Assembly: GCA_963780655.1 (NCBI GenBank)
Contig: CAWACP010000007.1
Span: 247,270 to 311,269, forward strand
Length of the DNA: 64,000 nt
Direction of reading: 5' to 3'
Source of the DNA: an uncultured Acidobacteriota bacterium
GTDB lineage: Bacteria; Acidobacteriota; Terriglobia; Bryobacterales; Bryobacteraceae
Shown: positions 57,195 to 64,000 of the stretch, in pieces
Numbering within the stretch: the stretch's first letter is position 1
How the letters are laid out: every line of letters begins with the position of its first letter
Made by a program: the position numbers and the translations under genes
The notes under the pieces: generated by a model
The model's input: only the letters and a program-made list of their open reading frames with translations
Told to the model about the DNA's origin: nothing
The model's database searches: none

Positions 57195-57614
57195 CTATCT
57201 CGGATACGGGTGGCCGCGCAGCATGGTAAACGCTCGGTAGATCTGCTCGGCCAGCATCGCGCGCGCGAGTTCGTGCGGCCACGTCATGGGCGAGAGCGAC
57301 AGCGCCACATCAGCCTGTTCTCTCCATCCTGCGGGCAGCCCATCGGCGCCGCCCAGAATGAACACCATGTCCCTGGCCGCCTCCTCGGATTTCCGAATCA
57401 GCGCGGCGAACTGCAGTGAGTTCAGCAGGCGCCCATCCGGATCGAGCACGATCTTCATCGCGCCGGCATGCCGCGTTGCCGGATCGAACCGCCGCGGATC
57501 GATATCGCGCATTTCGCAGGCGGCGAACCGGCCCGTGCGCTTCACGTACTCCTCGGCGATCGCATGCGCGTGGCGATCGCGCACCTTGCCGACATAGTAG
57601 ACGTACACCTTCAT
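57195..57614 (-). CDS. rlmH: 23S rRNA (pseudouridine1915-N3)-methyltransferase
   Basis: Start at ATG 57614 (MKVYVYYVGKVRD...). FILGGADG and the C-terminal SPOUT knot LSPMTWPHELARAMLAEQIYRA. The upstream part of the track ORF is a tRNA shadow. Confidence 0.85.
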   Translation of the reverse strand: MKVYVYYVGKVRDRHAHAIAEEYVKRTGRFAACEMRDIDPRRFDPATRHAGAMKIVLDPDGRLLNSLQFAALIRKSEEAARDMVFILGGADGLPAGWREQADVALSLSPMTWPHELARAMLAEQIYRAFTMLRGHPYPR

Positions 57615-57644
57615 CCCGATGTCAAAGCCGGTTTGGGGAATGAG

Positions 57645-57731
57645 TGGTGCGGATGAGAGGACTTGAACCTCCACGTCCTTGCGAACACCAGAACCTGAAT
57701 CTGGCGCGTCTGCCAATTCCGCCACATCCGC
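57645..57731 (-). tRNA. tRNA-Leu (anticodon CAG), CCA encoded
   Basis: Minus strand: GCGGATGTGGCGGAATTGGCAGACGCGCCAGATTCAGGTTCTGGTGTTCGCAAGGACGTGGAGGTTCAAGTCCTCTCATCCGCACCA. 7-bp acceptor stem, anticodon loop UUCAGGU, long variable arm, GGTTCAAGTCC T-arm. Confidence 0.9.
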
Positions 57732-57752
57732 ACGATGGGTGGGTCGCCTCTA

Positions 57753-58253
57753 TTATCGGAAGCGCCTGCGCTGGGTGTCAAATCCGCCGCGAGGATCGGT
57801 TCCGGGCGGCTGAGTCCGCGGATCCGCTGCCCGTGAAGCGTCCTTCTGATCGGCCACCCGATGCGCGCGAAGCCACATGATCAGTTCCATCACACGACGC
57901 TCGACGTCGTCCCGAGTCTGCTGAAAAATCCTGTCGTCCTTACCGATCGGATCCTTCACGTCCCAGTCCACCACCGGAACCGTCATCTTCGTCGGAAGCT
58001 TCTGCCCGGTCATATTGACAATCAGAGCGAGTTCCTTCCGGTCGACGGCATCGATGCCCTTGGGAAAGTGTCCCGAAAGGTCGATGTTCTTCTCCTTCAT
58101 CGTCTCGATGGTCTGGATCGGCATCCCGGGCGCCGGGCCCAGCCCCGCGCTCTGCGCCTCCATAATGTCCGATCCGTACGCCCGTGCGAACCCCTCGGCC
58201 ATCTGGCTGCGGCACGCGTTGCCGATGCAAAGAAACAGGACCTTGTACTTCAC
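57753..58253 (-). CDS. low-molecular-weight phosphotyrosine phosphatase / ArsC (LMWP) family protein
   Basis: 166 aa. P-loop CIGNACRSQMAEG (CX5R-S). D-containing DVKDP loop. Confidence 0.8.
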   Translation of the reverse strand: MKYKVLFLCIGNACRSQMAEGFARAYGSDIMEAQSAGLGPAPGMPIQTIETMKEKNIDLSGHFPKGIDAVDRKELALIVNMTGQKLPTKMTVPVVDWDVKDPIGKDDRIFQQTRDDVERRVMELIMWLRAHRVADQKDASRAADPRTQPPGTDPRGGFDTQRRRFR

Positions 58254-58334
58254 GTTCTTTCAGTGTATCCGACAGAGACGGGACAACTGTACAAGCGAGC
58301 CCGCCAGTGGTATCGGGTTCGTACTATGCCGTTG

Positions 58335-58838
58335 TCAGTTGCGAGAGCCCACGTGTTCCGAGCGGCCCGCCAGCGGTTTGACAATGGATCCGCCGCACAC
58401 GCCTACGCCGGTGTTCAGCAGTGCGTTCAGGAAGTTATACACTACGGCGTAAACCATCTGCTCGCTCACGGCCTGCTTCCCGGGAAGCCGGAATGACGAC
58501 GGCAGTTCTTTCCTTATCTGCAGCCGCAGCGCGTTGGGGAGGGCGCGTCCGGCGCGGTCCTTCTGGTTGGCGACGCTGAGCGGCGTCTGCAGGACTGCGC
58601 CGGTGTTCCCGTCCACATAAAACTGGCAGCGCGAGAACCAGCCGAGATTGCCCGGGTCGGCGGCGTCGAACAGGAGCAGCGGCGCCTGCCGGTCGTTCGC
58701 CCACAGATCCAGCGCGATGTTGCGGGAGGTGTCGTCCACCTTCAGGTCGAATCCCGCCTGCCGCGCGATATTGGAGAGGAACTCCGGATCGAGCTCCAGC
58801 AGAATCAGCTTGTGCTCGCCGGCGTGTAGGACCTGCAT
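58335..58838 (-). CDS. hypothetical protein (no recognisable domain)
   Basis: 167 aa. ATG lies 3 nt downstream of the macro-domain stop. GC3-rich. Confidence 0.5.
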   Translation of the reverse strand: MQVLHAGEHKLILLELDPEFLSNIARQAGFDLKVDDTSRNIALDLWANDRQAPLLLFDAADPGNLGWFSRCQFYVDGNTGAVLQTPLSVANQKDRAGRALPNALRLQIRKELPSSFRLPGKQAVSEQMVYAVVYNFLNALLNTGVGVCGGSIVKPLAGRSEHVGSRN

Positions 58839-58841
58839 CGT

Positions 58842-59411
58842 TCACCGATATTCTAGCGGTTTCGAGCGCATCGCGGCCAGGGTGGAGGAATGGATCTCGT
58901 ACGCCTCCGCCGTGGCGAGCACGAACAGGACCTCGCGAATGCCCACGTGCTCGCGCTCGAGCCAACCGGCCGCGGTCTCGAGCGCGATCCGCGCTGCCTC
59001 CCGCATCGGGTATCCGTAAGCGCCCGTGCTGATGGCTGGGAAACTGACGGTGCGCACTCCACGCTCCTCGCCGAGACGAAGGCACGTCTCGTAGCACGAG
59101 CGCAGCTTCTCCGGCTCACCCTGCCTGCCGTCGGTGTAGACCGGCCCCACGGCATGAAACACGTACTGCGCGGGCAGCGCTCCCGCGCCCGTGACGACGG
59201 CGCTGCCGGTGGGACAGCCACCCTGCTCGGCCCGAATCGCATCGAGTTCTTTCATCAGGGAGGGCCCGCCGGTCCGATGAATCGCCCCATCCACGCCCCC
59301 GCCGCCATGCAGGCCGGAATTGGCCGCGTTGACAATCGCATCGACGCGGATGACGGTGATATCGCCGCGGATCAGTCGCAGCATCTTCCCGTTCGGGAAC
59401 TGCAGATCCAT
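58842..59411 (-). CDS. macro domain protein (ADP-ribose-binding / O-acetyl-ADP-ribose deacetylase type)
   Basis: ATG 59411 (MDLQFPNGKMLRLIRGDIT...). VNAANSGLHGGGGVDGAIH and SFPAISTGAYGYP. Confidence 0.85.
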   Translation of the reverse strand: MDLQFPNGKMLRLIRGDITVIRVDAIVNAANSGLHGGGGVDGAIHRTGGPSLMKELDAIRAEQGGCPTGSAVVTGAGALPAQYVFHAVGPVYTDGRQGEPEKLRSCYETCLRLGEERGVRTVSFPAISTGAYGYPMREAARIALETAAGWLEREHVGIREVLFVLATAEAYEIHSSTLAAMRSKPLEYR

Positions 59412-59427
59412 GCCGTTATAGTAAAGG

Positions 59428-60135
59428 ATGCCCCCCGCGAATGCACTGGTTTTATTCGACATTGATGGCACTCTGGTGCGCCGCGCGGGCCCGCATCATC
59501 GGCAGGCGCTGGTTGACGCGGTTCGGCGCGTCACCGGTCTCCAGACCACCACGGACGGGGTGCCGGTTGCCGGGATGCTTGACCCGGGCATTCTGGAAAC
59601 CATGATGCGCAATGCAGGCGCCGGCCGCGCTTTGGTCCGCGAATCGCTGCCGCAGGTCGTCGAAACCGCCGAGAGGCTGTATCTGCGAACCTGCCCCGAC
59701 CTGAGCCGGCGCGTCTGCCCGGGCGTGCGCCGACTGCTGGCTCGCCTTCAGCGGTCGGGCGCGGTGATCGGCCTGGTAACCGGGAACCTGACCCGCATCG
59801 GCTGGAGGAAAATGCAGCAGGCCGGGCTGGCCGAGTACTTCCGATTCGGGGCGTTCGGTGAGACTGCGCGGACGCGGGCCGGTCTGGTGCGCAATGCCGT
59901 CCGGCGGGCGCGCGCGGAAGGCTGGATCGGGCGTGGCGCCGTCGTATCGCTGGTGGGCGACCACGTGAACGACATCCTTGCCGCGCAGGCGAACAAAGTA
60001 CGCAGCGTGGCGGTCGGTACCGGTATTCTCAGCATGGAAGCGCTTGCGGAGCACTCGCCGGATATTCTGGTGACCGACATGCGGCTGCTGGAACCGGAGA
60101 TGCTGACGGGTCCTTTGGCGAGGAAACTGCATTAA
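59428..60135 (+). CDS. HAD family hydrolase (phosphoglycolate-phosphatase-like)
   Basis: 235 aa. Motif I LFDIDGTLV, motif II VTGN, motif IV GDHVNDI. Confidence 0.8.
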   Translation: MPPANALVLFDIDGTLVRRAGPHHRQALVDAVRRVTGLQTTTDGVPVAGMLDPGILETMMRNAGAGRALVRESLPQVVETAERLYLRTCPDLSRRVCPGVRRLLARLQRSGAVIGLVTGNLTRIGWRKMQQAGLAEYFRFGAFGETARTRAGLVRNAVRRARAEGWIGRGAVVSLVGDHVNDILAAQANKVRSVAVGTGILSMEALAEHSPDILVTDMRLLEPEMLTGPLARKLH

Positions 60136-60196
60136 AAAACTCTGACAGCCCTGACTCCTGAAACAACCACGGGGCGGCGCTCATCCTATCAGTGTT

Positions 60197-61591
60197 ATGC
60201 AACCGCAGGAACAATTCGCCAGCAGCGCAACGACGGCGACGCCACAGCTGCGGAGGATAACGTGGCCCACCATTTCCACCGAGTGGCTCAACCATATTGA
60301 GTTCACCCCGCGCAGGTGGCCGCGGGAAATTCGCCTCGAAGGCGTTCACAAGCAGGTGGATGCGGACATCCGTTGTCTGCGGGATCGCGCCCGCCGCCGC
60401 AGTTTTCCGGATAGCCTGCCGGTTCTGGCTTATTATTGGCTCCAGACTCTGCGCGAGAGCCGCGGGCCCGAGCACTGGGCCATGCTGGGACAAGAGATCA
60501 GGAACCTGCTGCGGGAACCGGACGCCATCGCCCCGGCTGAATCGCAGGCGCTGGAAGCGGCCGACAGGTGGGTTGGCGCGAGCGAGCCCCGGTCGGCCCG
60601 GAAAGCACGCGGCGCCGGACTATTCGTTGCATTCACATCGGGTCATTTTGCGCCACCGCAGTTCCGTTCGGGCGCATTCCTGGATACGCTGCTGAACCGC
60701 TGGCTGCCGGCGGCCCTCGCCGAGAAATATGCGGATCGGACCATTCCCGACGACTGGACTGACTCGACCGCGAACGAGGAAATCGCGGTGTGCCTCGAGG
60801 AAATTCTGCGGCCCTGGGCAAGCATGCCGGATATCGAGACCGCCCAGGCGCTCGATAAGCTTCAGAAACGTCAGCCGACTCCGGCGGAAGAAATCCTGCG
60901 CTGGCGGCGCATTCGGCAGGCGAGCCTCGAATCGCTGGTCACCACCGCGCTGCCCGATGCCAGTATTGCCGATCCGAAGCTTCGTGAGATTCTAAACGAC
61001 GTTGTCCTGTATCTCCTCGGCTCGCTCGAACCGCCCCCCCCAGCCGAATCCGGGTACGCCTGGCTCTTCCCGGCGCCGCGTGGCGCTAATCTGCCGGCCG
61101 ACCTGGCGAAGCAGGTGTGCGAGTTCAGCCTGCCTCAGCACTACGCCGGCTCAACCGAGCTGTTCATTCCCGTGACCTGGCCGGAGCCCCGGTGGGGCGA
61201 CAGGAATCAGGCGCTGTCCATTCAATCGACGCTGCTGACGCCCGATGGCCGAATCTGGGAGGCGCATCGTCTGGAACAGCAGGCCGGGTGCTCGCCTGGC
61301 ATCGTGTACCGCTCTTATGGCGTCGTGGAACTGTTCCGGACGGACGACGGCTTGTTCCTGAAAGCGCCCATCTTCGCGTACCCTGGCGAAGTGGATCCAG
61401 GAGCCAGCCAGGAATTTAAATTGTATGGCCGCCGGTGGCACATGCACAGAATCGAGGCGTCGGCTGAGGGAGGGTTCACGCTCTACAAGTCCGTTCCGCA
61501 GAGTGTGCCGCCATCGGTTCTGAATCCCGAGCGCACACGCTCCCGCCGCGAAGATTCAGCAGCCTCCTGGCTTCTGCGGCGGGCTTCGTAA
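60197..61591 (+). CDS. hypothetical protein (orphan-like)
   Basis: 464 aa. No signal peptide and no recognisable motif. Coding-like GC3. Confidence 0.5.
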   Translation: MQPQEQFASSATTATPQLRRITWPTISTEWLNHIEFTPRRWPREIRLEGVHKQVDADIRCLRDRARRRSFPDSLPVLAYYWLQTLRESRGPEHWAMLGQEIRNLLREPDAIAPAESQALEAADRWVGASEPRSARKARGAGLFVAFTSGHFAPPQFRSGAFLDTLLNRWLPAALAEKYADRTIPDDWTDSTANEEIAVCLEEILRPWASMPDIETAQALDKLQKRQPTPAEEILRWRRIRQASLESLVTTALPDASIADPKLREILNDVVLYLLGSLEPPPPAESGYAWLFPAPRGANLPADLAKQVCEFSLPQHYAGSTELFIPVTWPEPRWGDRNQALSIQSTLLTPDGRIWEAHRLEQQAGCSPGIVYRSYGVVELFRTDDGLFLKAPIFAYPGEVDPGASQEFKLYGRRWHMHRIEASAEGGFTLYKSVPQSVPPSVLNPERTRSRREDSAASWLLRRAS

Positions 61592-61600
61592 GATAACAAA

Positions 61601-61627
61601 GGCAGACCACCTAAACGGTGGTCTGCC
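61601..61627. terminator. bidirectional terminator-like hairpin between convergent genes
   Basis: ggcagaccac (61601-61610), ctaaacg, gtggtctgcc (61618-61627). Perfect 10-bp stem. Confidence 0.55.
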
Positions 61628-61649
61628 CTCATACGCAACTTACTCTGAG

Positions 61650-62543
61650 TCAGTACGACAACGCGCAATACCCGCCGCTCGCATTCACCCAATTCCGCTG
61701 GATGAGATAATTGCGGCCGCCCAGCGTCATGTTGTACGCCGAGCCGTTCGAAGCGGTCTTGGTTGTACCGAACGTCCAGGCGCACTTGTCGGCGTTCTCC
61801 TCGCCTCTCTGGTCGTACCAGGCATTCAGGTCCGGGTCGGTGGATGCTTCTTCCAGCTCGTGCGAGATGATCGACGCCATGCCGTCCGCGCCGGCATTGC
61901 CGTTCGGACTCGTGCTCTGCTCCTCGCAGGCCGACGGACAACGGTCGGGGTTGCCGATAAACGCGTACTTGATATCCTTGCCGCTGATTGTGCCGTTCGT
62001 GTGCCACCCGCAATACTGCGTGCAGAAGCCGGACGTTTCGTTCACATCGGCAGAAGTCAGGACGAAATAGACTCCATTCGTATCGAGCGGAAGCCCGCCG
62101 GAATTGATCGCGTTCTGCACTACAGCCTCGACGCCGGAGTCGGTCAGTTTTGCACCCTGCGAGTAGTTGTCGTTGGTGCTGCCGGTGAAATTAACCGAGT
62201 TCGAGACCTTCTGCCCCGCGCCGTTGTAATAGGTGGTGTTGATGTTGAAATATGATGACCCGCCGATGCTGGATGCCAAAGTGTCCAGGATGCTGCCGGC
62301 CGTGTTGCCCGACCAGTTGCCGTACCAGATGTAGTACACGTTCTTGGTATTCACCATCACGGGACCGCCGTGATAGGAAATTCCGTTGGTGCGGGTTGGT
62401 TTCCCGGTGGCTGCATCGCGCTGTGCCTGCGCCGGGTGTGACAGGTCTCCTTTGCCATCCGGCTTCGTATCCTTGTTGGCGTCTGCAGCGGAAACAGCCA
62501 CGGTAGCGACAGTTGCGGCGATCAAAATCACGCAAAGCTTCAT
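61650..62543 (-). CDS. EXORDIUM / phosphate-induced protein 1 (Phi_1) family homologue, secreted
   Basis: 297 aa, signal peptide. YHGGPVM, YYIWYGNW, VYFVLTSADV...GFC..YCGWH, IGNPDRCPSAC, PNGNAGADGMASIISHELEEASTDPDLNAWY. The pattern matches the plant EXO family as I recall it. Confidence 0.6.
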   Translation of the reverse strand: MKLCVILIAATVATVAVSAADANKDTKPDGKGDLSHPAQAQRDAATGKPTRTNGISYHGGPVMVNTKNVYYIWYGNWSGNTAGSILDTLASSIGGSSYFNINTTYYNGAGQKVSNSVNFTGSTNDNYSQGAKLTDSGVEAVVQNAINSGGLPLDTNGVYFVLTSADVNETSGFCTQYCGWHTNGTISGKDIKYAFIGNPDRCPSACEEQSTSPNGNAGADGMASIISHELEEASTDPDLNAWYDQRGEENADKCAWTFGTTKTASNGSAYNMTLGGRNYLIQRNWVNASGGYCALSY

Positions 62544-62661
62544 TGAGTGCGTTCTCCCCAGTAAGGTGAAATACAGATGGAGGAGTTTAACACGACTCCG
62601 CAGAATCGCAACAGCTTTTTTGTACCTGGGAAATTTCCGGTATGGATGCCCGCCGGAGCGG

Positions 62662-63243
62662 TTAATCGGCGAGTTTGTCGAGGAATAGCTTGTGAATGCG
62701 GGAATCCGGGGTCAGTTCAGGATGAAACGTGGCTGCCAGATGCCGGCCTTGTTCCACCAGCACCGGATCGTTCTGGTACGAGGCCAGTACTTTCGCGCCC
62801 TCGCCGACGCGGCGAATAATCGGCGCGCGGATGAATACAGCTTCCAGATCGCCGGGGCCGCCGACGTTCTCCGCGGGCAGATGCTCGATGCGGCTGTCGA
62901 TCTGGCGGCCGTAGGCGTTGCGCTCCACCGTCATGTCCATGAGGCCCAGCGATTCCTGCTCGGGATTCAGGACCTGATTCGCCAGCAGGATGGCGCCGGC
63001 GCAGGTACCGAATATCGGCCGGTGCTCGCCGAAGCGCCGGAGCGGCTCGATCAGGCGCTCGCGGTCGAGCAGTTTGAGCATGGTGGTGCTCTCGCCGCCG
63101 GGAAGAATCAGCCCATCGAGATCCGCGAGCTGACCGGCCTCGCGGACCTCCACGGCTTCGCCGCCGGCGCGCTCGATGGCGCGCTTGTGAGCTTCGAAAT
63201 CGCCCTGCAGCGCGAGCACGCCGACGCGTTTTCTGCCGGCCAC
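62662..63243 (-). CDS. pdxT: pyridoxal 5'-phosphate synthase glutaminase subunit
   Basis: GTG 63243 (VAGRKRVGVLALQGDF...). PGGESTT, GTCAGAILL (catalytic Cys), FHPELT. 193 aa. The start overlaps the pdxS TAA region. Confidence 0.85.
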   Translation of the reverse strand: MAGRKRVGVLALQGDFEAHKRAIERAGGEAVEVREAGQLADLDGLILPGGESTTMLKLLDRERLIEPLRRFGEHRPIFGTCAGAILLANQVLNPEQESLGLMDMTVERNAYGRQIDSRIEHLPAENVGGPGDLEAVFIRAPIIRRVGEGAKVLASYQNDPVLVEQGRHLAATFHPELTPDSRIHKLFLDKLAD

Positions 63244-63244
63244 C

Positions 63245-64000
63245 TTACCAGCCTCGGGTCTGCAGCAGCTCGCCTTCCGGCACCTGCGAGATGTCCAGCC
63301 CAGGCATGGCGAGCCCCAGCTCGCGGCTCGCGTCGAGCAGCTTCTCCGGGTCGTTGAAATACGTGGCGGCTTTGACGATGGCGCGCGCGCGAGCCTCGGG
63401 GTCGGACGATTTGAAAATGCCCGAGCCGACGAAAATCGCTTCCGCGCCAAGCTGCATCACCAGCGCGGCGTCGGCCGGCGTGGCGATTCCGCCCGCCGAG
63501 AAATTAGGCACGGGCAGCTTACCGTTCTCGGCCACCCACTGCACCAGCTCGAGCGGCGCCTGCAGCTTCTTGGATTCCGCCACCAGCTCCTCTTTACCCA
63601 GCACCGTGAGCTGCTTCATCTCCTTCACGATGGTGCGTATGTGGCGCACGGCCTCGACGATGTTGCCGGAACCGGCCTCGCCCTTGGTACGGATCATGGC
63701 CGCGCCCTCGGCAATGCGCCGCAGCGCCTCGCCCAGATTGCGCGCGCCGCAGACGAACGGCACTTTGTAGTCGCGCTTGTCGATGTGGTGCTCCTCGTCG
63801 GCCGGCGTCAGCACTTCGCTCTCGTCGATATAGTCCACTTTCAGGGCCTCGAGGATGCGCGCTTCCATGAAGTGGCCGATGCGAGCCTTGGCCATCACCG
63901 GGATGGTGACGTTGTCCATGATCTCGCGGATCCTGGAGATGGGCGCCATGCGCGCCACGCCGCCCTCCTTGCGGATATCGGCGGGGACGCGCTCCAGCGC
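63245..64000 (-). CDS. pdxS: pyridoxal 5'-phosphate synthase lyase subunit, 5' end outside the window
   Basis: [21 protein letters not shown]...[10 protein letters not shown]...[14 protein letters not shown]...[32 protein letters not shown]. The frame stays open to the window end. Confidence 0.9.
   Translation of the reverse strand, partial: ALERVPADIRKEGGVARMAPISRIREIMDNVTIPVMAKARIGHFMEARILEALKVDYIDESEVLTPADEEHHIDKRDYKVPFVCGARNLGEALRRIAEGAAMIRTKGEAGSGNIVEAVRHIRTIVKEMKQLTVLGKEELVAESKKLQAPLELVQWVAENGKLPVPNFSAGGIATPADAALVMQLGAEAIFVGSGIFKSSDPEARARAIVKAATYFNDPEKLLDASRELGLAMPGLDISQVPEGELLQTRGW

Noticed and set aside
57615-57725. N-terminal extension of the rlmH track ORF (MAELADAPDSGSGVRKDVEVQVLSSAP...)
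   Set aside because: This peptide is the well-known spurious translation of a tRNA-Leu gene, which occupies 57645-57731. rlmH starts at 57614.
57645-59471. tRNA-Leu as an integration site for a genomic island
   Set aside because: The tRNA 3' end faces the core gene rlmH, 30 nt away. There is no integrase and no direct repeat of the tRNA 3' end nearby. The IS91 integrase is 28 kb away.

Overview
High-GC bacterial chromosomal window (about 60-65% GC by eye, not computed). Gene content suggests Acidobacteriota, which is an inference: two VWFA-type proteins of the kind expanded in Acidobacteria, a carboxypeptidase-regulatory-repeat protein, and many secreted glycosidases and peptidases. About 60 CDS are supportable. 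Core genes: aceE, two full-length uvrA paralogues, dut with a long ThyX-like gene, mtnA, eda, rlmH, pdxS/pdxT, one tRNA-Leu(CAG), and a complete PHA cluster (phaR, phasin, phaE-phaC, SDR, phaB, phaA). Accessory content: a two-gene IS91-family element (tyrosine recombinase plus Y2 transposase), a decayed BrnT/BrnA toxin-antitoxin pair, a frameshifted GH5 gene, and a sortase + VWFA + LPKTAS-substrate cassette. There is also a macro-domain operon and a plant-type EXORDIUM/Phi-1 homologue. The window is dense in short interspersed repeats of at least four families. (1) An 84-bp nested double-hairpin element bounded by GTGGGGCAG...CTGCCCCAC. (2) A 209-bp MITE-like element with 17-bp terminal inverted repeats. 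(3) GTAG-type REP/REPIN hairpins that overlap several gene 3' ends. (4) A CGGTTCCGAG motif family. No CRISPR array or rRNA was found. The best candidate for an undescribed system is the dedicated sortase cassette at 31.4-34.0 kb. All homology calls come from reading the translations and motifs, not from database searches.
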